A DNA stretch of 64,000 nucleotides, taken from NCBI RefSeq assembly GCF_039654945.1, contig NW_027361850.1, forward strand, positions 6,510,001-6,574,000, given 5' to 3'. A program made the position numbers and the translations under genes. Below the pieces are notes generated by a model that had not been told where the DNA came from, ran no database searches, and was given only the letters and a program-made list of their open reading frames with translations. How positions within the stretch are numbered: position 1 is the stretch's first letter; each line of letters opens with the position of its first letter. The DNA comes from Dendrobates tinctorius. Lineage: Eukaryota. Below are positions 39,902 to 52,505 of the stretch, piece by piece.

Positions 39902-40427
39902 AGGCCCCGTCACACTAAACGATACGACTTTGTCAGGATCGCTGGTGCCTCCCTACATGATCGCTGGTGAGCTGCCAAACAGGCAGCTTCACCAGCGATC
40001 AGGACCAGCAAGGACGCTGGTATCTAAGGTAAATATCGGGTAACTCAGCACGCGCGGCACTTAGTTACCCGTCTGTTTACCTTCGATACCAGCGTCCTAG
40101 CGCGAGCACGCAGGTATCTAAGGTACACAGTGGGTAACTAAGTGACGCGCGCGCTTAGTTACCCGATATTTACCTTAGATACCAGCTCCCAGCATCTGCT
40201 TACAACGCTGGGAGCTCGCTGATCGTCGGTCTCCCGCTGCCACGAGGCGATGCGTGCTGGCCAGCAGGAGACCAATGATCAAAAAATGGCCCAGGACGAT
40301 CAAGCACGATCAGCGATACCCGGCCGGGGGGGCCAGTCGCTGATGTGTGTCACACACAGCGAGATCACTGGCGAGATCGCTGTTGCGTCACAAAATCAGC
40401 GATCTCGCTGTGTGTGTGACGGGGCCT
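39902..40427. mobile_element. PIF/Harbinger MITE
   Basis: TIR aggccccgtcacac/gtgtgacggggcct; taa and tta flanks; internal palindrome. Confidence 0.8.
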
Positions 40428-41989
40428 TTATGCTGTCCTGATATTCTTCCACGACCATGTGACTGTCAGCCTCCAGGCCCTGGGGACTGCTGGGCTGCTA
40501 GACTTAAAAATTCTCAGGCACAACTGCCCAGCCTTGACTCCCGGTTCTCCAAAACTAAAACTAACTCCAGGAAGCTCCCCAACTGCCCTTCCTTAGCCTC
40601 TCCTAGCTAGTCTAATCCTATTGGTCCAACTAATTCCCTATTCTATTCTACTGTGCTCCCTTTACTGGTCTAAATCCTACACTGTCCTTATATCTTCATA
40701 ACACATGTTTATAGGGACAATGCCATGCACATTGTAACAACATTAAAAGACATGTAGGATGTACTCCTTTTACCAGGAACATGGGCAAGAAGCGCGGGGC
40801 ATAAACTAGCCTCCATGCACCACTTACATACCTCCCTCCTAAAATATGGTCCTCCTCGACCATACAGTGCCGTACAACATAACTTTAAAATACAACACAC
40901 ATTTTTAAATTTCTTTTTAAACTTATTTAAAGGTAAGAAAAATTATTTTGCTCTACATAAAAGTCTGTTTTTTTTTGCGTCCACCTCTGACCTTTGGGGC
41001 CAGTACTACAAGTTCAATTGGCTCCGGTCCCTTTTGTTTCCAGGACCCGAGCACAGACACAGTTCGCATTAGAACTCACCACAGTCCCATCATATTGACC
41101 TGGTTCACTCATCAGGTCCTCCTGGCTTAAACTCCTCCTCCCTCCTGTGCACGGAGTACGGCACTTTAACGCATGTGTGCTGCTCTGTTGTAGGGCTAAA
41201 GTTCAGGTTACATATAACAAGCTAAAACACAATCCTTTGCAGCAGTCACATACAGTTAGGTCCATATATATTTAGACAGAGACAACATTTTTCTAATTTT
41301 GGTTCTAGACATTACCACAATGAATTTTAAACAAAACAATTCAGATGCAGTTGAAGTTAAGACTTTCAGCTTTCATTTGAGGGTATCCACATTAAAATTG
41401 GATGAAGGGTTTAGGAGTTTCAGCTCCTTAACATGCTTAACCCCTTCATGACCCAGCCTATTTTGACCTTAATGACCTGGCCATTTTTTGCAATTCTGAC
41501 CAGTGTCCCTTTATGAGGTAATAACTCAGGAACACTTCAATGGATCCTAGCGATTCTGAGACTGTTTTTTCGTGACATATTGGGCTTCATGTTAGTGGTA
41601 AATTTAGGTCGATAATTTTTGCGTTTATTTGTGAAAAAATCAGAAATTTGGTAAAAATTTAGAAAATTTCGCAATTTTCACATTTTGAATTTTTATTCTG
41701 TTAACTAACATTTCCCACATGTCTACTTCACATCAGTACAATTTTGGAAACAATTTTTTTTTTGTTAGGAAGTTATAAGGGTTAAAAGTTGACCAGCGAT
41801 TTCTCATTTTTACAACAAAATTTACAAAACCATTTTTTTAGGGACCACCTCACATTTGAAGTCACTTTGAGGGGTCTATATGGCAGAAAATACCCCAAAG
41901 TGACACCATTCTAAAAACTGCACCCCTCAAGCTACTCAAAACTACATTCTAGAAGATTATTAACCCTTCAGGTGTTTCGCAGGAACTAA

Positions 41990-44575
41990 AGCAACGAAAA
42001 AATGGACATTTTAATTTTTACAACAAAAATTTTCTTTTAGCATCAATTTTTTCATTTTCACATGGGCAACAGGATAAAATGGATCCTAAAATTTGTTTGG
42101 CAATTTCTCCTGAGTACACCGATACCTCATATGTGGTCATAAACCACTGTTTGGGCGCACGGCAGGGCTCAGAAGGGAAGGAGCGCCATTTGACTTTTGA
42201 ATGGAAAACATGCTGGAATATTTAGCGGACACCATGTCGCGTTTGGAGAACCCCTGTGTGCCTAATCATTGGAGCTCCCTCACAAGTGACCCCATTTTGG
42301 AAACTAGACCCCCCAAGGAATTTATCTACATGCATAGTGATCATTTTGAACCCCCAGGTGCTTCACAAATTGATCGGTAAAAAAAAAAAGTACTTTTTTT
42401 TCACAAAAATTTTCTTTTAGCCTAAGTTTTTTCATTTTCACATGGGCAACAGGATAAAATGGATCCTAAAATTTGTTGGGCAATTTCACCTGAATGCATC
42501 GATACCTCATATGTCGTCATAAACCACTGTTTGGTGGTCTGTAAGTGAAGGAGCGCTATTTGACTTTTTGAATGGAAAATTAGCTCCAATCGTTATCGGA
42601 CACCATGTCGCGTTTGGAGAGCCCCTGTGTGCCTAAACAGTGAAAACCCCCACAAGTGACCTCATTTTGGAAACTAGACCCCTTATGGATCTTACCTAGA
42701 TGTGTAGTGAGCACTTTGAACCTCCAGGTGCTTCACAGAAGTTTATAACGCAGAGCAGTGAAAATAAAAAATCATTTTTTTTCCTCAAAAATGATTTTTT
42801 AGAACGCTATTTTTAATTTTTGCAAGGGTAACAGGAGAAATTGAACCACAAAAGTTGTTGTGCCTTGTGTTCTGAGTACACCGATACCCCATATGTGGGG
42901 GGGAACCACTGTTTGGGCGCACGGCAGGGCTCAGAAGGGAAGGAGCGCCATTTGACTATTTTGAAATTAAAATTACCTCTAATCGTTAGCGGACACCATG
43001 TCGTGTTTGGAGAGCCCTGTGTGCCTAAACATTGGAGCTCCCCCACAAATAACCCCATTTTGGAAACTAGACCCCCTAAGGAACTTTTCTAGATGCATTG
43101 TGAGCACTTTGAACCCCCAAGTGCTTCACAAAAGTTTATAACGCAGTGTCGTGAAAATAAAAAATATTTTTTTTAACTCAAAAAATTATTTTTTAGTGCA
43201 CAAATTTTTATTTTCACAAGGGTACCAGGAGAAACTGGACCCCAAAAGTTGTTGTCCAGTTTGTCCTGAGTACGCTGGCACCTCATTTGTGGGTGGAGAC
43301 CATTGTTTGGGTGCACGTCGGGGCTCGGAAGGGAAGTAGTGACATTATGAAATGCTGACTTTGATGGAATGGTCTGCGGGCGTCATGTTACATTTGCAGA
43401 GCCCCTGATGTACCTAAACTGTGGAAACCCCCCACAAGTGACCCCATTTTGGAAACTAGACCCCCCAAGGAACTTATCTAGATGTATGGCGAGGACCTTG
43501 AACCCCCAAGTGCTTCACAGAAGTTTATAACGCAGAGCAGTGAAAATAAAAAAACATTTTTTTTCCTCAAAAAAAAATAAATTTTTTTTTAGCTCACAAT
43601 TTTTTTTTCACAAGGGTAACAGGATAAATTGGACCCCAAAAGTTCTTGTCCAGTTTGTCCTGAGTATGCTGATACCCCATATGTGGGTGGGGACCACTGT
43701 TTGGGCACACGTCGTGGCTCGGAAGGGAAGTAGTGGCATTATGAAATGCTGACTTTGATGGAATGGTCTGCGGGCGTCATGTTACATTTGAAGAGCCCTT
43801 GGTGTGCCTAAACTGTGGAACCCCCCCACAAGTGACCCCATTTTGGAAATTAGACCCCCAAAGGAACTTATCTAGATGTGTGGTGAGCACTTTGAACCCC
43901 CAAGTGCTTCACAGAAGTTTATAACGCAAAAAATGATTTTTTAGCTCGCAAATTTTTATTTTCCCAAGGGTAACAGGAGAAATTGGACCCCAAAAGTTGT
44001 CCAGTTTGTCCTGAGTACGCTGATACCCCATATTTGGGGAGGAACCATTGTTTGGGCGCACATAAGGGCTGAGAATGGAAGTAGTGACATTTTGAAATGC
44101 AGACTTTGATGGAAAGGTCTGCGGTCGTTGTTACGTTTGCAGAGCCCCTGATGTGCCTAAACAGTAGAAACCCCCACAAGTGACCCTATTTTGGAAACTA
44201 GACCTTCCAAGGAACTTAGCTAGATGTCTGGTGAGCACTTGGAACCCCCAAGTGCTTCACAGACGTTTATAACACAGAGACGTGAAAATAAAAAAATCAT
44301 TTCTTTTTTTCTTTTCCAAAAAAATAATTTTTTAGCCCCCAATTTTTTATTTTCCCATGGGTAACAGGAGAAATTAGACCACCAAAGTTGTTGTGCAATT
44401 TTTCCTGAGTACGCTGATACCCCATATGTTGGGGTAGACCACTGTTTGGGCACACGTCGGGGCTTGGAAAGGAGGGAGCACCGTTTGACTTTTTGAACAC
44501 AAAATTGGCTGGTATCAATGGTTGCACCATGTCGCGTTTAGAGACCCCCTGATGTGCCTAAACAGTGGAAACCCC
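41990..44575. repeat. Diverged tandem array of ~350-420-bp units inside the piggyBac-like element
   Basis: cacaagtgaccccattttggaaactagacc or close variants recur at about 42281, 42651, 43045, 43433, 43827 and 44175. Confidence 0.85.
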
Positions 44576-44580
44576 TCAAT

Positions 44581-45001
44581 TCTAACTCCAACCCTAACCC
44601 CAACACACCCCTAACCACAACCCTTACCCCAACACATCCCTAACCCTAATCCCAACCCTAACCATAACCCTAACCCCAACACACCCCTAACCCTATCCGT
44701 AACCCTAATTCCAACACTAACCCTAATTCCAACCCTAACCCCAATTCCAACCCTAACCCTAATACCAACCCTAAACCTAGTTCTAACCCTAATTCCAACC
44801 CTAACCCTAATTCCACTCTAACCCTAATTCCAACCCTAACCCTAATTCCAACCCTAATCCTAACCCTCTTTCCAACCCTAACCCTCTTTCCAACCCTAAC
44901 CCTAACCCTCTTTCCAACCCTAACCCTCTTTCCAACCCTAACCCTAACCCTCTTTCCAACCCTAACCCTAACTCTCTTTCCAACCCTAACTCTAACCCTA
45001 A
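44581..45001. repeat. Degenerate telomere-like (CCCTAA)n array
   Basis: ccctaa hexamers interspersed with ttccaa and ccctct variants. Confidence 0.9.
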
Positions 45002-47555
45002 TGGAAAAATAAAAATAAAAATAATTTCTTTATTTTATTAGTTGATCCTGCCTAAGGGGGTGATAAACGGGGGGTTTATTTACTTTTCATTTTTATTTTG
45101 ATCACTGTGAGAGTTTATCACAGTGATCAAAATAGAATGAAGGGAAATTGCAGCCGGCGGGCGGACTGCGCATGCGCCCGCCATCTTCAAGATGGCGGCG
45201 CCCATGGTCCGGGACCGCGGGATACCGGGAGGCGGAGAGGGACATCGGAGGTACCGGGGGGGTCGGAAGGTGGGGGGAGCACAGAGAAGGGGAGCTGATG
45301 ATGATGGCGGCGGCACATTGCCGCCGTCAGTCGGTATCGGGGGCCGATCGGCCCCGTGAGCCGGTGGGGGTGGGGTCGGATCACAGTCTCCAGCCATGTC
45401 CGATGCTACTGCAGCATCGGCCATGGCTGGATTGTAATATTTCATCAATTTTCATTGATGAAATATTACTATCGCTCTGATTGGCTGTTTCACTTTTAAC
45501 AGCCAATCAGAGCGATCGTAGCCACGTGGGGGTGAAGCCACGCCCCCTGTGGTGAAGAACAAAGCCCCCTGTATCTGCGGGTCGGGTGACCTTTCAGTGA
45601 CCTAGGTCACCCAACCCGCAGGGGGGCTTTAAAGTCATGACGCCACATAGGCGTCATGGGTCGTTCTGGCACGACTTTTCATGACGCCTACGTGGCGTCA
45701 AAGGTCGTGAAGGGGTTAACATGTGCCACCCTGTTTTTAAAGGGATCGAAAGTAATTGGACAGATTAAATAATTGTAAATATAATGTTCATTTCTAGTAC
45801 TTGGTTGAAAACCCTTTGTTGGCAATGACTGCCTGAAGTCTTGAACTCATGGACATCACCAGACGCTGCGTTTCCTCCTTTTTGATGCTCTGCCAGGTCT
45901 TCACTGCGTTGGTTTTCAGTTGCTGTTTTTTTGTGGGCCTTTCTGTCTGAAGTTTAGTCTTTAACAAGTGAAATGCATGCTCAATTGGGTTGAGATCAGG
46001 TGACTGACTTGGCCTGGGTTGCTTTGGCTTTATGTTTTGGGTCATTGTCCATCTGTAGTATGAAACGACGACCAATCAGTTTGGCTGCATTTGGCTGGAT
46101 CTGAGCACACAGTATGGCTCTGAATACCTCAGAATTCATTCGGCTGCTTCTGTCCTGTGTCACATCATCAATAAACACTAGAGACCCAGTGCCACTGGCA
46201 GCCATGCATGCCCAAGGCATCACACTGCCTCCGCCGTGTTTTACAGATGATGTGGTATGCTTTGGATCATGAGCTGTACCACACCTTCGCCATACTTTTC
46301 TCTTTCCATCATTCTGGTAGAGGTTGATCTTGGATTCATCTGTCCAAAGAATGTTCTTCCAGAACTGTGCTGGCTTTTTTAGATATTTTTTAGCAAAGCC
46401 CAGTCTAGCCTTTTTATTCTTGATGCTTATGAGTGGCTTGCACCGTGCAGTGAACCCTCTGTATTTACTTTCATGCAGTGTTCTCTTTATGGTAGATTTG
46501 GATATTGATACGCCTACCTCCTGGAGAGTGTTGTTCACTTGGTTGGCTGTTGTGAAGGGGTTTCTCTTCACCATGGAGATAATTCTGTGATCATCCACCA
46601 CTGTTGTCTTCCGTGAGCGCCCAGGTCTTTTTGCATTGATGAGTTCACCAGTGCTTGCTTTCTTTCTTTCTTTCTTTCTTTCTCAGGATGTACCAAACTG
46701 TAGATTTTGCCACTCCTAATGTTGTAGCAATTTCTCGGATGGGTTTTTTCTGTTTTTGCAGCTTAAGGATGGCTTGTTTCACCTGCATGGAGAGCTCCTT
46801 TGACCGCATGTTTCCTTCACAGCAAAACCTTCCAAATGCAAGCACCACACCTCAAATCAACTCCAGGCCTTTTATCTGCTTAATTGAGAATGGCATAACG
46901 AAGGGATTGTGCACACCTGTCCATGAAATAGCTTTGGAGTCAATTGTCCAATGACTTTTGGTCCCTTTAAAAACAGGGTGGCACATGTTAAGGAGCTGAA
47001 ACTCCTAAACCCTTCATCCAATTTTAATGTGGATACCCTCAAATGAAATCTGAAAGTCTGAATTTCAACTGCATCTGAATTGTTTTGCTTAAAATTCATT
47101 GTGGTAATGTCTAGAACCAAAATTAGAAAAATGTTGTCTCTGTCCAAATATATATGGATCTAACTATATAGTCCGCTTTCAGTCCAAGGGCACATAACCC
47201 CCAGGAGCAGAATCCTGCAATCCAGGAGGAGAAGCGCAATGTGCACAACAGAACTATGGGAGGGGAAACCAATGTTCAACATAAATGTTCAACCATGGCC
47301 CCACAGACCACAATATACTGCACCCTGCACCAGACTCCAGTGATGCAGGGCTCCTGCCCACAGGGACGTGGAACAGTCCCATCAATTCCTTTCTTACAGG
47401 TGTAACAGGCACAACTTTCCTTTGGAGATGTCAATTTTAGTCACTGTCCCAGTGGTACACATCCCGTGCCGCTCTATCCCGCATCAGACTCCGTGTCCGT
47501 GCTCCAATGGGTGACGGTAATTCCAACACCACTGCAGACCCCACATTCCTCCGCG

Positions 47556-48452
47556 TCAATGACAGGGGACAGGTAGAGCTTGGCTGTTCACTGGGCAACT
47601 TATATGAGGATGACTGCACCATTCCTGGCGCTCGTGCAGTTCCAGGTCGTCCTCAGGGAGTAACAGGGCAACTGCTACAGTAAAATACCCCCGGTGTTCA
47701 TCCTCTTTAAGAAAGGTGACCCGATCTCCTTCCCTCAGGGGCTTCTGAAATTTGACTGAACTGGAGTTCATGTATACCTTGTAGTCACTGTGGGCCTCGC
47801 GGATAAAGCCATACCCGCGAGACGGGTTGGTGTACACCAACAACCAGCTGGTCCGCCGTCCAGCCATTGCACCCCCTCCTGGTCGGTGCAGCTCTGCCCA
47901 GATCTCTCTTCTTTTTCCCTTCAATCACCCCGCTATCCATGCTGCCTGCTCAGGGGATGGGAAGGGACCATTTTGGGGTGATGACCCAAGGGACGGAACA
48001 TCTATGAACACGGGCCTGCGCTCTGGAGTTTGGGAGCAAGTTCCACCTACCACCTGCGCTTCGTCCTGTTCCCGCTACTCTGGCATCTCGGCAGCGATCG
48101 CTCCATGACCGTCAGACTCCACCAGCACAGCCGCCATGCCCTCCTGCTCAGACTCCTCTGTTTCTGCCTCCTCTGACTCAGGCTCCTCCGGGGCAGCCTC
48201 TTCCGATTCACATTCTTCCAGATCGCCGATCTCCTCCGGTACGTGATGTCGTTCCGGGTTCGGTAGCTGCCAGTACTGCTCTCCAGCGTGCAACGGGAAC
48301 CTGTTGAGACGATACTCATCCCTGACATCAGATGCTCCCCTCAACCTTCCGTGCCGGGTCCTTTCCTCCGCCTGCTGCCACTTCCACTCTATGCGTCCGA
48401 CACCGCCGCTCATCGGATGCAGGAATGTTCCATCGGTGCAGGTTCCATGCAC
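47556..48452 (-). pseudogene. Decayed ORF of about 300 codons: acidic N-terminal region plus cold-shock (OB-fold) domain
   Basis: ORFs 48075-48452 and 47556-47924 share one frame, broken by stops at 48075-77 and 47925-27. The C-terminal part reads NPSRGYGFIRE...KVYMNSSSV...KPLREGDRVTF...G...V. Confidence 0.7.
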
Positions 48453-49731
48453 ATTAGAACGACATTACAAGACATGTAGGATGTACCCGTTTTACCAGGA
48501 ATGTGGGCAAGAAGCGCTGGGCATAATCTGGTCTCCATGCACCCCTTCCCTTACACTAACATTCATCTTGCCATTCACCAATTCCACCATAAGCATCCAT
48601 GCTTTCTGACAACTTCGTCTTGTGATTGTTAGCCCCGTTTCACAAATCAGTTGTGGAATCCATGAGAAGGATACATTTGGATATTTTATCATGCTAATAA
48701 ATTTCTACAAAAGAAGGTGTAAGTAGCCTGCTCACTCATACGCTGCTTGTTGCGGCTTGAATCCGTCCACAAAGGATGCATCCAGCAATAGTAGCAATCG
48801 TACATTACTAAAGCTGTACTACTCCTAGTGCAAACAAACAAGACAGCCTTAAAGGGGTTGTTCACTACTTACTCAACCACATCTTAAAAGGGAATCTGTC
48901 AGCAGGTTTGTTAAGGACATACTGGGAGTTGTAGGTTAATGCAATAGAAAGGTATATGGGGCTGACCTGAAATTACAATTGATGTATCATGTACTGATGG
49001 TAGTTCAGGTGATGTATTCATGTACTGGTGTGTGTGCGCATGTCTGCTTGTCTGTGCATGCCTGTGTGTCTGTACATGTCAGCGTATATGTCTGTGTATC
49101 TGGAATTATATGTATTTTTGTAAGATGCGTGTATGTAACAGTGCATTGTGGTATGTAAAAACATTCATATGCTTGGGGCACATTTACTAAATCTGTAAGG
49201 GCTCTTTCACATGTGTTAGGGAATTACAATTGTCTTTCCAAGTTTAGGAACAGATAAGTGATATTTTCTAACTTTGATATAACTGTCACCTTAGGGATGA
49301 GCTTTTATTTAGCAGATTCAGGAGCTGAACCTGCACCATACCAGGCAGATGTCGGATGCGATACACAGCCGGCATCTGCCTGTAACAGCAGTGATCAGAG
49401 CTCATCTTGATTGTTGCTGTGCTGTATTTAAATTCCCTTGTCAATCACTGACAGCAGTATTTAGCGGGGACTCCCGCTGACGTCACTGAGGCTGCAGGGA
49501 GTCCCCGCAATTTAATACAATGAATTAACCCCTTAAATGAACCCCTACAACTCCAAACTTTTACCCACAAGCCCTCATATAATTAATAGTGATAGACATA
49601 AAAAAAACATGAAATGAAATGGTTAACTATATGTAAACCATGTGTCATTTCATGTTGGGCAGGAGAATGTTATACAAAAGCCGGCAAATGTTTCAGGGGC
49701 TATTCTGCAATGAAGAACTGTATGAATTAGA

Positions 49732-51700
49732 AATGTTAACCTTTTTTCTTTATAACAATTTTGGTTTTTGCAACAGTTATTTCAGTTTCATATATCTAAT
49801 AACTGATGGACTCAGTTATATTTCTGGATTCAAATGAGGTTTATTGTACTAACAGAAAATGTGCAATCTGCATTTAAACAAAATTTGACTGGTGCAAAAG
49901 CATGGGCACCTCAACATAAAAGTGACATTAATATTTCGTAGATCCTCCTCTTGCAAAAATTACAGCCTCTAGTCGCTTCCTGTAGCTATTAATGAGTTTC
50001 TGGATCATGGATGAAGGTATTTGTGACCATTCCTGTTTACAAAACAATTCCAGTTCAGTTAAGTTTGATGGTCGCCGAGCATGGACAGCCCGCTTCAAAT
50101 CATCCCACAGATGTTCAATGATATTCAGGTCTGGGAACTGGGATGGCCATTCCAGAACATTGTAATTGATCCTCTGCATGAATGCCTGAGTAGATTTGGA
50201 GCGGTGTTTTGGATCATTGTCTTGCTGAAATATCCATCCCCTGCGTAACTTCAACTTCGTCACTGATTCTTGCACATTATGGTCAAGAATCTGCTGATAC
50301 TTGCCTTCTATAGACTTAATAGCTGTCTACAAATATCTAAAGGGCTGTCACATTGTAGAAGGATCAACTTTATTCTCATTTGCACAAGGAAAGACTAGAA
50401 GCAATGGGATGAAACTGAATGGGAGGAGACACAGATTAGATATTAGAAAAAACTTTTTGACAGTTAGAGTGATCAATGAGTGGAACAGGCTGCCACGAGA
50501 AGTGGTGAGTTCTCCTTCAATGGAAGTCTTCAAACAGAGGCTGGACAGACATCTGACTGGGATGATTTAGCGAATCCTGCTTTGAGCAGGGGGTTGGACC
50601 AGATGGCCCAGGAGGTCCCTTCCAACTCTACGATTCTATGATTCTATGATACTCAGTTGAATCCATGCGACCCTCAACTTTAACAAGATTCCCGATGCTG
50701 GCATTGGCCACACAGCCCCAAAGCATGATGGAACCTCCACCAAATTTTACTGTGGGTAGCAAGTGTTTTTCTTGGAATGCTGTGTTTTTTAGCCTCCATG
50801 CATAACGCCTTTTTGTATGACCAAACAACTCAATCTTTGTTTCATCAGTCCACAGGACCTTCTTCCAAAATGTAACTAGATTGTCCAAATGTGCTTTTGC
50901 ATACCTCAGGCGACTCTGTTTGTGGCGTGCTTGCAGAAACGGCTTCTTTCGCATCACTCTCCCATACAGCTTCTCCTTGTGCAAAGTGCGCTGTATTGTT
51001 GACCGATGCACAGTGACACCATCTGCAGCAAGATGATGCTGCAGGTCTTTGGAGGTGGTCTGTGGATTGTCCTTGACTGTTCTCACCATTCTTCTTCTCT
51101 GCCTTTCTGATATTTTTCTTGGCCTGCCATGTCTGGGCTTAACAAGAACTGTACCTGTGTTCTTCCATTTCCTTACTATGTTCCTCACAGTGGAAACTGA
51201 CTGGTTAAATCTCTGAGACAACTTTTTGTATCCTTCCCCTGAAAAGCTATGTTGAATAATCTTTGTTTTCAGATCATTTGAGAGTTGTTTTGAGGAGCCC
51301 ATGATGCCACTCTTCATAGGAGAATCAAATAGGAGAACTACTTGCAAGTGGCCACCTTAAATACCTTTTCTCATGATTTGATACACCTGGCTATGAAGTT
51401 CAAAGCTCAATGAGGTTACAAAACCAATTTAGTGCTTCAGGAAGTCAGTAAAAAGTAGTTAGGAGTGTTCAAATCAAGAAAATGATAAGGGTGCCCATAC
51501 TTTTGCACCGGTCAAATTTTGTTTAAATGCAGATTGCACATTTTCTGTTAGTACAATAAACCTCATTTGAATCCAGAAATATAACTGAGTCCATCAGTTA
51601 TTAGATATATGAAACTGAAATAGCTGTTGCAAAAACCAAAATTGTTATAAAGAAAAAAGGTTAACATTAATAAAGGTGCCCAAACTTTAACATATGACTG
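49732..51700 (-). mobile_element. Tc1 transposon, left tip truncated, transposase split by a CR1 insertion
   Basis: ORFs 50628-51347 and 49928-50275 (WTDE, QQDNDPKH, PDLNIIEH). Inverted repeats of about 190 bp; right end catatgactg-TA. Confidence 0.92.
50302..50648 (+). mobile_element. 5'-truncated CR1 LINE 3' end
   Basis: DLIAVYKYLKG...RKNFLTVRVINEWNRLPREVV; 3' UTR ggtcccttccaact and (attctatg)n tail; tgatact duplicated. Confidence 0.92.
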
Positions 51701-52154
51701 TATATATATAAATATATATAAATTTAATGTGTCTAGATCTATTAATTCGTTTGTGTGCGGAAACCTGTCATTGGGCTCCTTTATATGTCCATTTAGCTAT
51801 CCTGCGAGAAAATCTTGCCAGACGGATGTCAAAAGGATCCTTACATGCGATTAAAATCGCATCAATGAAGAAAAATCGCATCAAAAACGGATCATTGGTT
51901 AAGATACTTTTGTGCGATTTCGGACCGTTAAAATGGGACCGATTTTTTATTCATTGTGTGTGACTCCAGCCAAAGAAGTGATGGAAGAGAGATTGTCAGG
52001 TGACACTCCCTCTCCCATCACTCCCCCTCTGCTTGTGACTCAGCAGGCGTGCAATGATGCCACGTCATCATGCGCCACACTGTGCCAGCAGTGGAACCGA
52101 TGAGACCGGAGCATAGCTTGCAGCCGCGGAGGGAACAAGGAGGAGAGGTGAGTA

Positions 52155-52505
52155 TTGTGTCTGTGTGAGTGCAGGGGCTGCATTATAGTGTGTGTGTGCA
52201 CTATACTGTGTGTTGGAAGAGCTGCACTGTATTGTGTGTTGGGGCTGCACTGTACTGTGTGTTGGGGAACTGCACTATACTGTGTGCTTGGGGAACTGCA
52301 CTATACTATGTGCTTGGGGTGCTGCACTGTACTGTGTGTTGGGGGAGCTGCACTGTACTGTGTGTTGGGGTGCTGCATTATACTGTGTGTGTGGAGGGGG
52401 CTGAATTATACTGTGTGTGTGTGGGGCTGAAGTATACCCTATGAAAGACCATGGGGAGTGCATTATACTGTACAGTATGTATTATATGGGACCTGCATTA
52501 TACTG
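52155..52505. repeat. About 25-30-bp minisatellite (gctgcactgtactgtgtgttgggg)
   Basis: Visible tandem units; the source of several Cys/Val-rich spurious ORFs. Confidence 0.85.

Larger units (their letters stand above)
41441..45715. mobile_element. Non-autonomous piggyBac-like element, 4.3 kb
   Basis: TTAA-ccccttcatgacc ... ggtcgtgaagggg-TTAA. No transposase ORF; internal tandem repeats. Confidence 0.85.
41253..47166 (-). mobile_element. Tc1 transposon (transposase about 45794-46810, disrupted) with a piggyBac-like insert in its TIR
   Basis: TA-cagttaggtccatatatattt ... aaatatatatggatctaacta-TA; long TIRs; WTDE, MDNDPKH, SPDLNPIEH. Confidence 0.92.
39463..48555 (-). mobile_element. LTR-type element carrying a cold-shock-domain ORF; about 2.65 kb without nested inserts
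   Basis: TG...CA ends with CTAA TSD (39459-62 and 48556-59). Internal PPT-like tract at 40831-40 next to a second copy of the terminal ~110 bp. Confidence 0.75.

Noticed and set aside
44581-45001. True chromosome end or fusion site
   Set aside because: Degenerate, single orientation, and enclosed within transposon TIRs.
52155-52463. Cys-rich, metallothionein- or keratin-associated-like ORFs
   Set aside because: Translations of a minisatellite that is open in several frames.
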